Shown here one piece after another: positions 51,860-64,000 of a DNA stretch of 64,000 bases. Every line of letters starts with the position of its first letter. The stretch's first letter is position 1. A program made the translations under genes and the position numbers. Under the pieces are notes generated by a model that had not been told where the DNA came from, ran no database searches, and saw nothing but the letters and a program-made list of their open reading frames with translations. This DNA is from Eledone cirrhosa (Eukaryota), in NCBI GenBank assembly GCA_964016885.1, contig OZ024746.1, positions 72,106,001 through 72,170,000 on the forward strand, in the 5' to 3' direction.

Positions 51860-52440
51860 AGTGACCTTAGAATAAGGGCTAGACGAACTAAGAGACAAAA
51901 GCAAGTATGGAGAAGGAAGAATTAGAAGCTAAGAGAACCCGCTGCAGGTAACAAATTCAGAGAAATCCTACTTGACGCCTATAACTGGGGTTTCCTATGG
52001 AACAACATACTGGAAGCCACAAACCAAGCCACAAACCAGGCCTGAGGCTAGAGTAAGGTCCTAACATGGCGGAATGTGATGGAGTGGTGGAATGATAAGG
52101 TAGATAGAGCCATTAAAACAAAAATTCAAACCTGGAGAGACTGGAGATAAGAGAGAGACATGGAGTAATACCAAATAGCTAGAAGAGCGGGCAGGTATAA
52201 CTAGCAAGGGAATAACTAGCAAGGGAAGAGGCAGGAAAGAAGTTTGCATATGTTCTACATTGTGAAGATCAGAGGCGTGAAGTGTTTTGGATTGCGAAAC
52301 AGATTGCTCGAGAAAATCATAATGTGGTTGGGGAAAAGTGCGTTTGAAATGATAGTGGAGAACTTGTTTTATCTGATACCGAAAAGAAAAAGCATGAGAG
52401 ACTTACTATAAGAGACTGCAGAATGAAGAGAATAAATGGG
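51860..52440 (+). mobile_element. Old RTE-like LINE fragment (EN-RT linker)
   Basis: Degenerate EWWNDKVDRAIK..K motif with stops. Confidence 0.45.
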
Positions 52441-52776
52441 AAAGGCAGAGCCTACTCCATGCAGACCCAAGCGAGAGAGAGGGAAAGAGAGAGAGCGCGA
52501 TACAGGGAGAGAGATGCTAAAGCATACTGTTCGGGAAACTACGTCTTGTTCATACGTTTCATATTTGGGTGTGGTTTCTATGGCTGGATGCACTCCCCAA
52601 AGCGAACCTATTTATTCCTTTTATCGTGGCACCAGCATTACTACTTACAATGCATTGTCCTTGTCTTCCTTATTCAATATCCAAGAGTATTTCATATATG
52701 AGGGGGCGCGACTTTAGATATTAGTGTGTTTTTTGTCCTGTCTATGTGTATGTATATTATATTTTTGTGCGCGCGC

Positions 52777-52885
<109 letters not shown>

Positions 52886-52927
52886 GGTGCCCATAGGATC
52901 AGATGTCCGGTGTCAGTAGCTACTCAC

Positions 52928-53023
52928 CGTTTTCATGGGGGGCGTTACTAATAAATGTTGCGGCGTGAAATGCTCGAGGACTTTCTCGTTAATGTTGACG
53001 TTGTTATACTTTTCTAAATACAT
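52928..53023 (-). CDS. Host exon 1 MYLEKYNNVNINEKVLEHFTPQHLLVTPPMKT (alternative in-frame ATG at 53059)
   Basis: Open frame ending at an ACG|GTGAGT donor in phase 0, just downstream of TATA/X-box. Confidence 0.65.
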
Positions 53024-53051
53024 TGAGTTGACGAGAGAGTTATGAATTCCT

Positions 53052-53084
53052 GTTTCCATGGCAACGGTTAGGGGTGGTTTTATA
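53052..53084 (-). promoter_or_regulatory. Candidate core promoter: TATAAAA (53084-53078) and RFX X-box GTTGCCATGGAAAC (53065-53052)
   Basis: Exact match to GTTNCCATGGNAAC about 20-30 nt downstream of a TATA box, immediately 5' of exon 1. Confidence 0.6.
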
Positions 53085-53283
53085 CTTGGGCGAAGGGTGT
53101 CGTGGATTTTGTATCTTATTCTGTGCTCCTGAAGTTGCTACTTCAGTTCAGTGAGGGTTCTGTTATCGGGACCACCGCAATACCATATTCCCACCTTCAA
53201 TAGAGACCTGAAAAACTTCAATTGATATATATATATATAGTTCAAGAAGAGGACAAAACAGAGGTATATATATTCTACTCTGA

Positions 53284-53320
<37 letters not shown>

Positions 53321-53481
53321 CTCATAGTAGTATTCTGAAATGGACGTATTAATTTGCATATAATTAGCGCTCGTGTGTTGGTACTTAATTAAGATACATA
53401 CATACATACATACATACATACATACATACATACATACATACATACATACATACATACATACATACATACATACATACATAC

Positions 53482-53915
53482 ATCTTAAAGTTGTAAGAAC
53501 AATACAGGAGAAGTAGGACATCTACGGACCATTGATGAGGAGTTTGTAGATCCAGTATCCAAGATACACCTTCAGCTTCATACGCATTATTATTGCAGCT
53601 ACGGGTTATACACCAACCCGCCCGGACCTAAGTATGACTGAACTTGGATTTGTAGACAAAGAGTGCAGCTCCATAATTCATAGACTACTACGATATCTGG
53701 TACCTTCAAAATTTACAAAAAATTCTTGCGATCAAGGGATCATAATTTCTTTTCTTTTACAACCTTGCCACCAGGAGGGTGGCCGGTCAAAAATGCACTC
53801 GAAATTAAAAGAAAGAGAACATACATACATACATACATACATACATACATACATACATACATTAATGGAACAGTAAAAATATGTAAAACATTCCAAAAAT
53901 TTTGTATCTAATAGC
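53482..53915 (+). mobile_element. Two 3'-end remnants of an RLE-type retrotransposon, each preceded by (CATA)n
   Basis: EK*DIYGPL..YP.Y.F..IIIAATG..ISGTFKIYKKFL and INGTVKICKTFQKF*. Confidence 0.6.
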
Positions 53916-54079
53916 TGCATACACACTTGTACAGATACAAAGCATATGCACATGCACACATACAACTGAAAACATACACATCCACACATTCAATAGCATC
54001 CATACCTGCACACACATGCATGCATGCAGGCATGCATACCTATTTACCTAGTTGATGTGTAAATAATAATAATAATAAT

Positions 54080-55682
54080 GGTTTCTTTATTGGCCACAAG
54101 GGCTAACATGAAGAAAAACATTACAGACGGCACAGAACGGTACAGGACGATACAAAGTGGGTTTGGGCTGTGTAAAAAAGGTTATAACAAGATAGAAATA
54201 TCAAATAAATTCAATCAAAAGATTCCCCAATAGGGGGGAAGCTTCCGAGGGTCATTCGTGGCGAAAACCACACAAAAGACCACGGCCACACTGACCACCA
54301 GGGCAAGCGCCCTCTCTCAGTTTTCCCACTCCTCAGTCTACAGGCGCATACTCAGAGCGGGCCCGTTCACTCGGCCCAGACTCGCCACTTTCACTCACCT
54401 TTCAAGAAACTTAGTAGAAGACAGCACTTGCCTCTCCACCCTGATTTTCCTCTTCAAGTGAAACTTGAAAAAGTTAATCAGGGATTGGCCGAAGAAGAAA
54501 GTGTCCGTCTTCAACCCTTTCAACATTGTCCATCACACAATCTCTTTCGCCATGGCCCCCAGGCAGATGAAAACTGCCTGCCCTTCCTCCTCCTTAAAGG
54601 AGGACGGCGGGGCTATCTGCAAAATGGACTCAGTCGATAACCGGATCCGTCCTACACGTGACAGCAAATGTTCAACATAGCTCCACAAGTCAGCAATGCT
54701 CGGACACTGAATGAGTGCGTGCACAACGGTTTCGTCGCTCTGTGCACATCTCGGACAGGTTCGGTTGACGGCACTTCGGTGCCTGTACAGCTTATCTCGA
54801 ACCGGCAACGCTCCCCGGTAACATTGCCAGGCCAGGGATTTCTGGAAATTGTCCATAGGCCCCGGGCTGAAAGTTCTCTTGAAGAGAGCGAACAGCTGAT
54901 CGTTTTCGACGCCTAGGGTCTCCCTGAGAACGTCGTCACTCTTCCCCTCCACTAGTCCTCTACAGAACGCCGAGATGAATGTTCCAACGATACTAGTGCT
55001 CAGCTGGTAGAAGGCTGTGAACGCTTGGAGACATTCCAGCTTCCAAGCACTATCCCTCGGTCTTTTCCTGCAGCTCCGTTAATGAGACGAGCTGGGGAAA
55101 ACATGTTTGGCAAACGGTGACCACACCTGTTCACCGTCATGGAAGCACCAGAGATGTCGCAGCCTCAGGGCGTGTTTGCGCATCATCAGCTACGGCATGC
55201 AAAGCCCTCCACGCAACGGGTAATGCTCTTGGTGTTGGTGGGATGTGGTAATTTAAGTCTGTAATGTCTGTGTTGTTTTATATGTTCCATTAATCCTTTG
55301 TATGTGATATTTATGGCTGTGTACTTTTTTCTTTGGGGGAGGGGGGGATTTTGTTGATGTTTTCTTGTTGTTGTTGTTGTTGGGTGTGTGTGTGCTTTGT
55401 TGTGTTTGCGATGTTGGTGTTTTTGGTGATGTTGGTGGTGATGTGGTTGTTGTTGGTGGTGATCCTTGTGGTGGTGATGGTGATGATAACGGTGTTGTTG
55501 CTGCAAGTCTCCTTGCAGCCTTTACCCTCTTTCTTTGCTTTCTCTTTTGGAGGGAGAAGCTGTGGTGTTTTTGCGTTTGTTCTTTTTGTTGACAACCTTT
55601 TTCCACTCCTCAGCCGCCTCATACACCATGTCTGACTGTGAGAGGTCGGGAAGGGGTATGAGTTCTACCCTCTCATTTGTCT

Positions 55683-55714
<32 letters not shown>

Positions 55715-57075
55715 GGTGGAGGAGCGTGGTCTGCCGTTCTTGGCACAGGTGCAGCTAGTGCAACTGTTTCTGTTGGTGCAGTTGCCGCCGCTCTTTTTAG
55801 TTGTCCGTGGCTTTGGTGTGGGTGCCACGGACGTTGTCTTCTTACTCTCTGTAGAATCTCCCGACTTTTTCGCTGACTGTTCTGTTTCTGATGGCAGCGG
55901 TTCCGGCGTTGGAAAGCGGGGGACCTTCGCCTTTGTTATTATCCGAGGGCAGAAGGCCCTGAGGTGAGACTTCGATCCACAGTTGAAGCACTTTGGACGC
56001 CTTCCTTCCACAGATATGGGAAGTTGGGAGTCAATCCCGAGGTCTATCACGTCGGGAATAGCGCTGATGCAGTCCTGGTAGGTTTGGATGAGCATGTCCA
56101 TTCCAAAAGCGGACCAGTCCTCTCTCCCCAACTTCTGTACCTGCAGAATGGTTGTTCTATCCTCTATGCCCGCAAGAACAGACACGACCAGCCAAGGCAC
56201 GAGTACATAGAGCGGAACCTGGGTTACCCAGACCTTTGCAATTTTTTTCCCGCAGTAAAACGGGACTAATGTTATGTCATGACTTCCTAGGGTCCTCAGT
56301 GAGTGCGATTTTGCTTCCTGGGTGGTAGTAAAAAGGACGTCCACAGTAGCATATTTCTTGCCACGGGTGATGTGGGTTTTCCGTTCCCACACAGTTCCCA
56401 AGGCCTTCTCTATTTGGGCCTCCGAGGCTCTCTCCACACGACGCGATTTCCTGGCAATCGTGTGATATGACTCTGTGCGTCGCTCTTGTTCCTCTAGAAA
56501 GTCGGTTGATGGTTTCAAGGACACTGAAAATTCAGTTCTGGTTACCATGTGTCTTGTGACCGCCATCTCCACCTCTGTGATCAGGACTGTTACTATGTTG
56601 TGAGCCACCTTTGCAAAAGAGGTGGTCCCTTTTTCTGCTACCTCCTTTGTTGTCAAATGCATCAGCAGCAGCCGCTTCTCGACCGCCGCTTGATGAAGAA
56701 GAGAAAGAAATGGCGTTTGCCTGACTTTCACTATGTGACGATGAAGAAGAGGAAAAGGAAAGCGAGACACCATGTTGACAGCTTGGTGAAGAAAGACAAG
56801 GTTGAGAAGGATACCTTGCTGAAGGAGTAACTTTGTGTGGAGACATGGTAGAGAAGCAGATTTTTTGATTGACACCATTTTTTTTTTATGTGGGCGTATT
56901 TGCTAAATGCAAAGTTCAAATTGGAATTTAGTCCCGAAGGCTAAATACCGATTAATTTTGACCACTTCAGGAGAAGCGGGGTATGTTTAAACAAAACAAT
57001 AAGTTTGCAATAAAAACTGTTCAAAAATCACAAACTTACGGAAACAAAATTTCCTGCGACGTGTATACTTCCACA
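54080..57075 (-). mobile_element. Tx1-clade LINE with large internal deletion (ORF1 56878-about 55230 joined to ORF2 3' end), 3' end at (AAT)n
   Basis: CFNCGSKSHLRAFC in ORF1; ORF2 CPRC region 54350-55220. Confidence 0.88.
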
Positions 57076-57082
57076 ATAATGA

Positions 57083-60000
57083 TTTCATTTATTGGCCACA
57101 AGGGCCGACATATAGAGGACAATACAAAAGACTGGGACAGTGGGGTTTTACAGAAAAATCGAGTAAACAATATCAATAACAATAACAAAGTAACAATAAA
57201 GTAACAAGAAAATTACAAGAAAAAATTCCCCAATAGGGGGGATGACCACCTAGGGTTCGCTCAGGTACCCACCAGTCCTGAACGACCCGACGCTTCGAGA
57301 GCACCCTGGAAGGGCACCGCTCTCCTCTTCAAATTTACCTACCTACAGCCGCATGACCAGAGTAGGTCCACTCACACGGGCCATTCTCGCCATATTCACC
57401 CACCTTTCAGCAAATGTACTGGGGTCAGCACTTCTCTCTCCACCCTCACCTTCCTTTCCAAGTGAAACTTGAAAAAGTTGATGAGGGATTGGCCGAAGAG
57501 AAAAGTGTGTGTCTTCAGTCCTTTCAACCTCGTCCACCATACAACCTCTTTCGCTACTGCCACCAGACAGAGGAAAATTGCCTGCCCTTCCTGGCCAAAA
57601 GAAGGCGGCGGGTCGATCTTCACTATGGACTCGGCCGATAGCTGGATCCGTTCTACACGCAACAACAGCTGTTCAACATAACTCCACAAGTCAGTAATGC
57701 ACGAAGACTGGACGAGTGCGTGCAGAACGGTTTCGTCGCTCTGCGCGCATCTCGGGCAGGTCCGTCTGACAGCACTTCCGTGCCTATAGAGTTTATCTCG
57801 AATCGGCAGTGCCCCCCGGTAGCACTGCCAAGCAAGGGATTTTTGGAAATTATCCATCGTCCCCGGCTCGAAAGTCCTCCGGTACAGACTGGTTAGTTCG
57901 ACTTCGTTGACTTCCAGAGCCACTCCGAGTGCGTCGTCGCACTTGCCCACCACTAATCCTCTATAGAACTCGAGAGTGGAAGTTCCACTGACCGCATTGC
58001 CCGCCTGGTAGAGGGCAGTGAGTGCCTGGCAACATTCCAGATGCCAGTCACCCAGTCTCGGTCTCTTCTTGACCCAGGACTGCAACTCAGTCAAAGAAAC
58101 GAGCTGCGGAAAGGCCCGTCTGACAAACGGCGACCACACCTGTTCACCGTTTAGGCAGAATATCTGGAGATGCTGCAGCCTCAGCGCGTGCCTGCGCATC
58201 ATTAGCCACGGCATGCCTAGCCCTCCACGTAGAGGGTGCTGGCAGCAGATGGACCGCCTCACCAGCGAACCTGACCCCTCCACAAGAATTTGAAGAGGAG
58301 CCGCTCCAATATGGCGAGGCGCGAACGGGGGCAAGGGACGACAGTCAGACGGTAGTAGATGACGGACGCGATGTACGCGTTCGCCACCTCCGCCCGACCT
58401 TTCAGTGATAGCTTCATCCCAGCCCATTTCTGGGTGAGACTGACTACCCTTCCCGTCACCTCGTCCCAATTCTTATCCACCTGGAGGTTTGGCCCGAACC
58501 AAACCCCTAGCAACTTTACCGGTCCGTCCGTCCAGCGCCTAACGACGCTGATGGACGGCATGGACTTGGCTCGCCAGGTGCTGAGTTGCAAGCCCACTGA
58601 CTTTTCCGGGTTAAGTTTTGCTCCCGTCAACCTTTCATATTCCTCCAATAAGTTACCGACCACCTCGATTTCTGAGGTGTTCGACACCATCACGGTGATG
58701 TCGTCCGCATAAGCCGACACAGCCTTTCCGCGTCCCGGTTCAAGCGGGATGCCCTGCAACAGCTCCAGCTTCCGCAGTAAAGGCTCGAGAGTCAATACGT
58801 ACAGAAGGGAGGGGGGAGGGCCCCCTTGACGGACCGATCGGGAGACCTGAAACGGTTCCGAGAGGTGGCCATTAATTTTGACCATCGGGCAGGTGCCGCT
58901 GTGCTTTGCAGCGATCCAGCTTCTGAAGACGGGGCCGAAGCCAGCCTCCTTGAGGACAGCCTCCAGGTACCGATGGTCGACCCTATCGAATGCTTTCGAT
59001 TGATCTAAATTTATCAGAGCCCCACTGAAGCCAGGTTTACACCCTACCCTCTCTATGATGTATCGCATTAGGTGGAGGTTGTCGTGTATGGACCTGGTTG
59101 GGATTGCGCAAGTTTGCGCCTCCCCAACCAAATCCCCGACGACAAGCGCCAACCTCTTCGCTAACACTCTGGCCAAAATCTTACACCCTTATGGGCCTGA
59201 AATTGTCTAATGTGTCCCTCTTGTTCTCGTCTTTCCTTATCAGCGTCACTACGCCCCGGCTCACAGAACTGGGAATACTCCCGTTTTGCTGCCAGTTGCA
59301 ATAGAGGGCTTCGAGGAGATTGGAGAACAAGTCTGGCATATTTACGTAAAGCTCGTAGAGCAGACCATCCAAACCGGGTGACTTGCGCCTCATGCAGCCG
59401 ACAAGGGCATCCTGAATCTCGGCTGAAGTAATTGGCCTTTCACAGCGCACAGCGTCAGCCGTCGAGAGTTGCGGCAAGCCATCGAGGTAGGGACTGAAGT
59501 CCGCCACCATCTCTGACCCGCCACTTCCCCCCGAACAACCGAGCAAAATGTTGGCGAAAGGCCTCACACATCCTCTCGGAATCGCTCAGCTCGTGCCCGT
59601 CTCGGTCCGTCAAAGACCGAATCGTGGTTTTATTACCACGCTGCGCCTCTGCCACGCGGGCCCATCGAACAGCTTTGGTTCCCTCGTTTCTCAGAGCACG
59701 CGCCTTATCTCTGACAATGCAACCTTCGTGTTTCGCATTGAAGAAATGGTCTAATGCCATTCTCGCCGCTAGCACATCAGTTGCAATGCCACTACCAATA
59801 GCCTCGTCTAACTTATCTACCAATTCCCCCTCCTTTCTATTTTTCTCTAATGCTACTCCTTTGCTAAACTCTATCGACATTACTCTAATCTCTCTTTTGA
59901 CAGCCCCCCACCATCTATTGTTGACGATTCCCCCTGTCAACTTTTTCTTAACTAAATTGTTGACCTGGTCCCTGTAAGCCTTACGTGCCGGAAATGACAT

Positions 60001-62935
60001 GTTTAGCTTCCAGTAACCAGGTCCTAACCTACGCGTCTTATCTAGGTCGACCAGACAGATCACAAACTTGAGATCTGAATAGGCGACCGTTTCAAAACGT
60101 AGACAGATTACACTATTTCTGTCTATTTTCGTAATGAATATCCTGTCTATATACGATCTAGATGACCCTATGCGGTTAGCCCAGGTCCACACTGGCGCAT
60201 TAGGGAAATCTAGTCGGTACCTGTCAGACAGTTGGAACTGGCTGATCAGGTTCTTGAGGCTTTTGCACCCCCCGCTCCTATCGGATACTCCCACACAGTC
60301 CCAGCGTGCGTCTAAGATGCCGTTCCAGTCCCCCGCTAACAGTAAAGGGCGAGATGTACCCAGAAAGGCTTCCAGGCGTCTAAAGAAGTCCAGCCATCCT
60401 TCCCCAGTAGGAGCATAGACGGCCACCAGCCTAAAGGCACCACCTTTATTATTGTTCACGTCCAGGACCACCAACTTCCCGTCCGGGTCCCGGAAGATCG
60501 ACCTTACCTCGAGATCCAGGCCTTTCCTAAACAGCACTGCCACCCCGCCTCCCATTCCCGGCCGGCTAACAGATGCAAAGACCTGATAGTCGTCGAAAAT
60601 GGGGGCTAGTGCGCGCGTGTCGGAAATCCTGGTCTCGCTGACTGCAATTACATCCATTTCTATAGACTTGAGGTCGTTGAGCAGATGACCCTGCTTCCAG
60701 GACGATCCCAGGCCTCGAATATTTAAACATCCTACTCTTAATACGGCCATGTTGGCAGGTTAAATAGAGAGAGGGGAAGGTTTACTTACCTTCCGGGCTC
60801 TTTTGAAGGTCGGGTTGTTCGACCTCCATAGTTAGTGGGGTTTCTTTTAGGAACCCCTTTAAAAGTCTTGAAGTGGGTTTTACGTTCGGGGTTCCCACGT
60901 CCCGAGGAAAGCTGTCTCGTATTTCTTTGAATATGTCGAGCGACATTCGCACCAGAACCAAATCTTCCGGCACGCGAAATGTGCTCGATTTAAAAATTTC
61001 CTCCTCTTTTTGTATATTTTCACTTCGTGCTACGAGGGCCATCAGTTCCTTGTTGGCCCTCCTAACGAGCACGAAGTTTTGTGTTTTTGTTGATGTGATT
61101 TTATTTGTTTGCGTGGCTGTGGTGGTGATGGTTTTGGTGGTGTTGTTTCGGTTGTATCTGTGTTTGTCGTGAGTGCGGTGTCTGTGGTTTCAGATGTTTG
61201 TGTGTATATTTGTTCTTTCGTCTGTTTCGGTTGTTTGCGTTTGGGGGACTCTGGTGATGGTGATGGTGGTGTTGATGTTGGTGTTATTGGAGAGATGTTT
61301 GCGTGGGTGGTGTCTGCGTTTTTTATTGTGGGTGCTTTTGTGCTTTGTTGAGTTTTTTTTTTCTTTTTGTGTTTCCTTTTTTGCATTTTGGGGGATTTTG
61401 GATTTCCCTCATTTTCACTACTGGTAGATGAGGGGTCTGTATCTGTAAGTGTGTCTGTATGTATGTTTATGGTTTTATTGGTGTGTGTATTTTGGGGGGA
61501 AGGGGGAATTTTACAGCTTTCCTCGTTTCCCCCCTGGGTGGTCAATGTTGGTGGTGGTCTTTCTATTGGTATTGTTATTGGTGGTTTTGCTGGTGCTGGT
61601 GTTAGTTGTGGTCCTCGCCCCGGCGTCGGCAGCAGTGGAGCCTTTCGACCCCTTGCCTCTTTCAGCAGTTGAGGGCAGAAGGCTCGCAAATGGGTTTTTT
61701 CCCCCACAAACAAAACACTGCGGCCTTTTGCCTTCGGTCATAATGTGAATGACCGTCCCATTCTGAAGGCGGATGTGGTTCGGGATTGTCTTCACATTCT
61801 CGGGCCTGATCTGGAGAAGGATCTACAGGTCAACGCCGCACCAGTTCTCTCTGGCCGTTCTGGTCACTTCTATAGGGACTGTATCCGTCCCCTCCACAAT
61901 CACACATCCCAGAAGCCACCACATGTCAAGTCCTGGTGGGATTCTGGGAATGCGGAGACGGGCCGTTCTTTTTCCCATGAGGGAGGGATACATTATGACC
62001 TTGCTGGTTTTGCAAGGAGTCATAGCGTGTTTCATAGCGAGGGCTTCTGACTTGAACAACACCGAAATGGTGCCGTACTGCCTGCCCCTCTCTATGTACT
62101 GATGCACCTCAGCGCGACTTCGACATCTTCTTGTGGGATTAAAGCTGCCCTTTTGGTTTGTGCTGAGATGCATCTATAATGCACCGTTTTGCGGTCCACT
62201 GCCTCAATAGCTTCTACCAGGACAGTTAAGTTGGCCCAAGTTTGCTTTTGCTTGATGAGCTTCCATGCCTGGGCCAACTTTTCATCTTTGTTTGAGAGGT
62301 CCATGTTGAAGCATGGCATCTTTTTTGCTGCTGCCGCAGCGAAAGTGTTCTTCTTGTTTTCGTTGGGGGTGTTGTTGTCGTTGTTCTTGTTGGTGTTGTT
62401 GTTAGCACTGTCGCTGTTATCATTGTTGTCTTTGTTGCCACCGTTGTTCTCGGTGCAGTTGGTATTGTTGCTGTTGGTGGTGTCGCTATTTGTTTTCATG
62501 TTAGTGGTGTTGATATTGTTGTTGTATTTGTTATCTGTATTTTCGTTGTCGCTGTTACTGTCATTTTTTTCAAAATTAGAGTTCTTATTGGTATCATTGG
62601 TGTCTTTGTTTACCTTATTTGTGGTGGTGTTTGTGTTATCAATGTGTGTTAATTTCGCTGTAGCGCTCCTTTCAACTTCTACGTCGTTGTCGCACGACAG
62701 CCGTCATATCGCTGGGGGGCGTGGCTCAGCCATGTTTTTTTTCTTCGTAAATTTTTTAACATGTAAAAAAAAGTTCAAATATTTGGGCCAAAAGGCCCAA
62801 ATATTATACTTTCCCCTTCACGGGGCAAAGTCTAAGGGTTTATATCCCTTACACAAGAAATATTTAACAACAAATAATTTTAACAGGCAAATAAAGCGAC
62901 TTACTGTGAGCGAGCAAAATACGTCCGCTTAGACC
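57083..62935 (-). mobile_element. Full-length Tx1-clade LINE (ORF1 62733-60782 frameshifted; ORF2 60750-57343 frameshifted)
   Basis: CLNIRGL, VYAPT, GDWN, DQSKAFDRVDH, YADD, CPRC; ORF1 knuckle CFVCG..HLRAFC. Confidence 0.92.
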
Positions 62936-62953
62936 AATAATAATAATAATAAT

Positions 62954-64000
62954 GCTTTCTTTATTAACCACAAGGGTTTACATAAAGTAGACATTAAGGT
63001 CAGTACAGGACAATACAGGACGGTACAAATGGGCATTTCTGCGTGTAAAAAAACAAAAACAGAGGATGTAACAAAAAAATAACAATGAAAAATTCCCCAA
63101 TAGGGGGGAGACTTCCGAGGGACATTTGTGGAGAAAGCCCATTAAAAGGCCACAGTGACCCTGACCACCAGGGCAAGTGCCCTCTCCCAGTTTTCCACCT
63201 TTAATTTACAGACACATACTCAGAGTAGGCCCATTCACTCGGGCATTCTTGCTTCTCTCACCCATATTTCAACAAAATGCTGGGAAAAGTGCACTTCCCT
63301 CTCTACCCTGATTTTTCTTTTCAAATGAAATTTGAAAAAGTTAATCAGGGTATCACCGAAGAGGTAAGTGCTCGTCTTCAGCCCTTTCAAACGTGTCCAC
63401 CATACTACCTTTTTCGCCATGGCCACCAGAGAGATACAAAATGCCTGCCCTTCCCGGCTAAAGGAAGAGGGCGGGGCAATCCACACGATGGACTTCGCTT
63501 GACCCAGGACTGCAGCTCAGTCAAGGAGACGAGCTGGGGAAAGACGTGTCTAGCAAACGGCGACCACACCTGATCACCGTCGAGGAAGAGGTGGAGATTT
63601 CGTAGCCTGAGCACGTGTCTGCGCATCATCAGCCACGGCATGCCCAGCCCTCCACGTAGCGGGTGTTGACAGCAGATGGACCGCCTGACCATCGGAGCGC
63701 GTCCCTTCCACAAAAAGCGAAAGAGCAAACGCTCCAGCGCAGTCAGGCGAAGCTTAGGACAAGGTTCGACGGTCAGGCGGTAGTAGATGACGGACGCGAT
63801 GTACGCGTTAGCCACCTCCGCTCGACCTTTCAGGGATAGCTTCCTCTCTGCCCATTTCTGGGTGAGAGAAGCCACCCTGCTCGTCATCTCGTCCCAGTTT
63901 TGTCCGTCTGGAGGTCCGGACCGAACCAGACCCCTAGCAATTTTTCCGGTCCGTCCGTCCAGCGCCCGATGACGCTGTTTAACGGCATGGACCTGCCTCT
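62954..64000 (-). mobile_element. 3' part of a Tx1 LINE (family of the 10679 copy), running off the window
   Basis: 3' UTR near-identical to 10679-10930; (AAT)n at the junction. Confidence 0.9.

Noticed and set aside
53352-53359. Octamer motif ATTTGCAT upstream of the promoter
   Set aside because: An 8-mer expected by chance in AT-rich DNA; no supporting context

Overview
Eukaryotic, repeat-saturated genomic DNA. The microsatellite load and tRNA-derived SINEs suggest a cephalopod/Octopus-like mollusc (inference). The window holds four main things. (1) A minus-strand host gene that the ORF track misses: 13 short, phase-compatible GT-AG exons (53023 down to 15668, about 441 aa) encoding a divergent BCR/ABR-like DH-PH RhoGEF module, with a TATA + RFX X-box promoter at about 53.05-53.08 kb. 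(2) A head-to-tail array of R4/Dong-type RLE retrotransposons in (AAT)n at 1-10.65 kb. (3) Three head-to-tail arrays of Tx1/L1-clade LINEs, all on the minus strand, with (ATT)n or (TATC)n at many junctions. They share a 3' stem-loop, a terminal motif and a splice donor at the end of ORF1. (4) Several Penelope-like elements (GIY-YIG, two of them Naiad-type) and non-coding fold-back derivatives in (TA)n tracts. These carry at least six different type I hammerhead-ribozyme folds, several with non-canonical cores (U3-A8, U4A, GAAA->GAGG). All calls are by eye; no database search or folding software was run.
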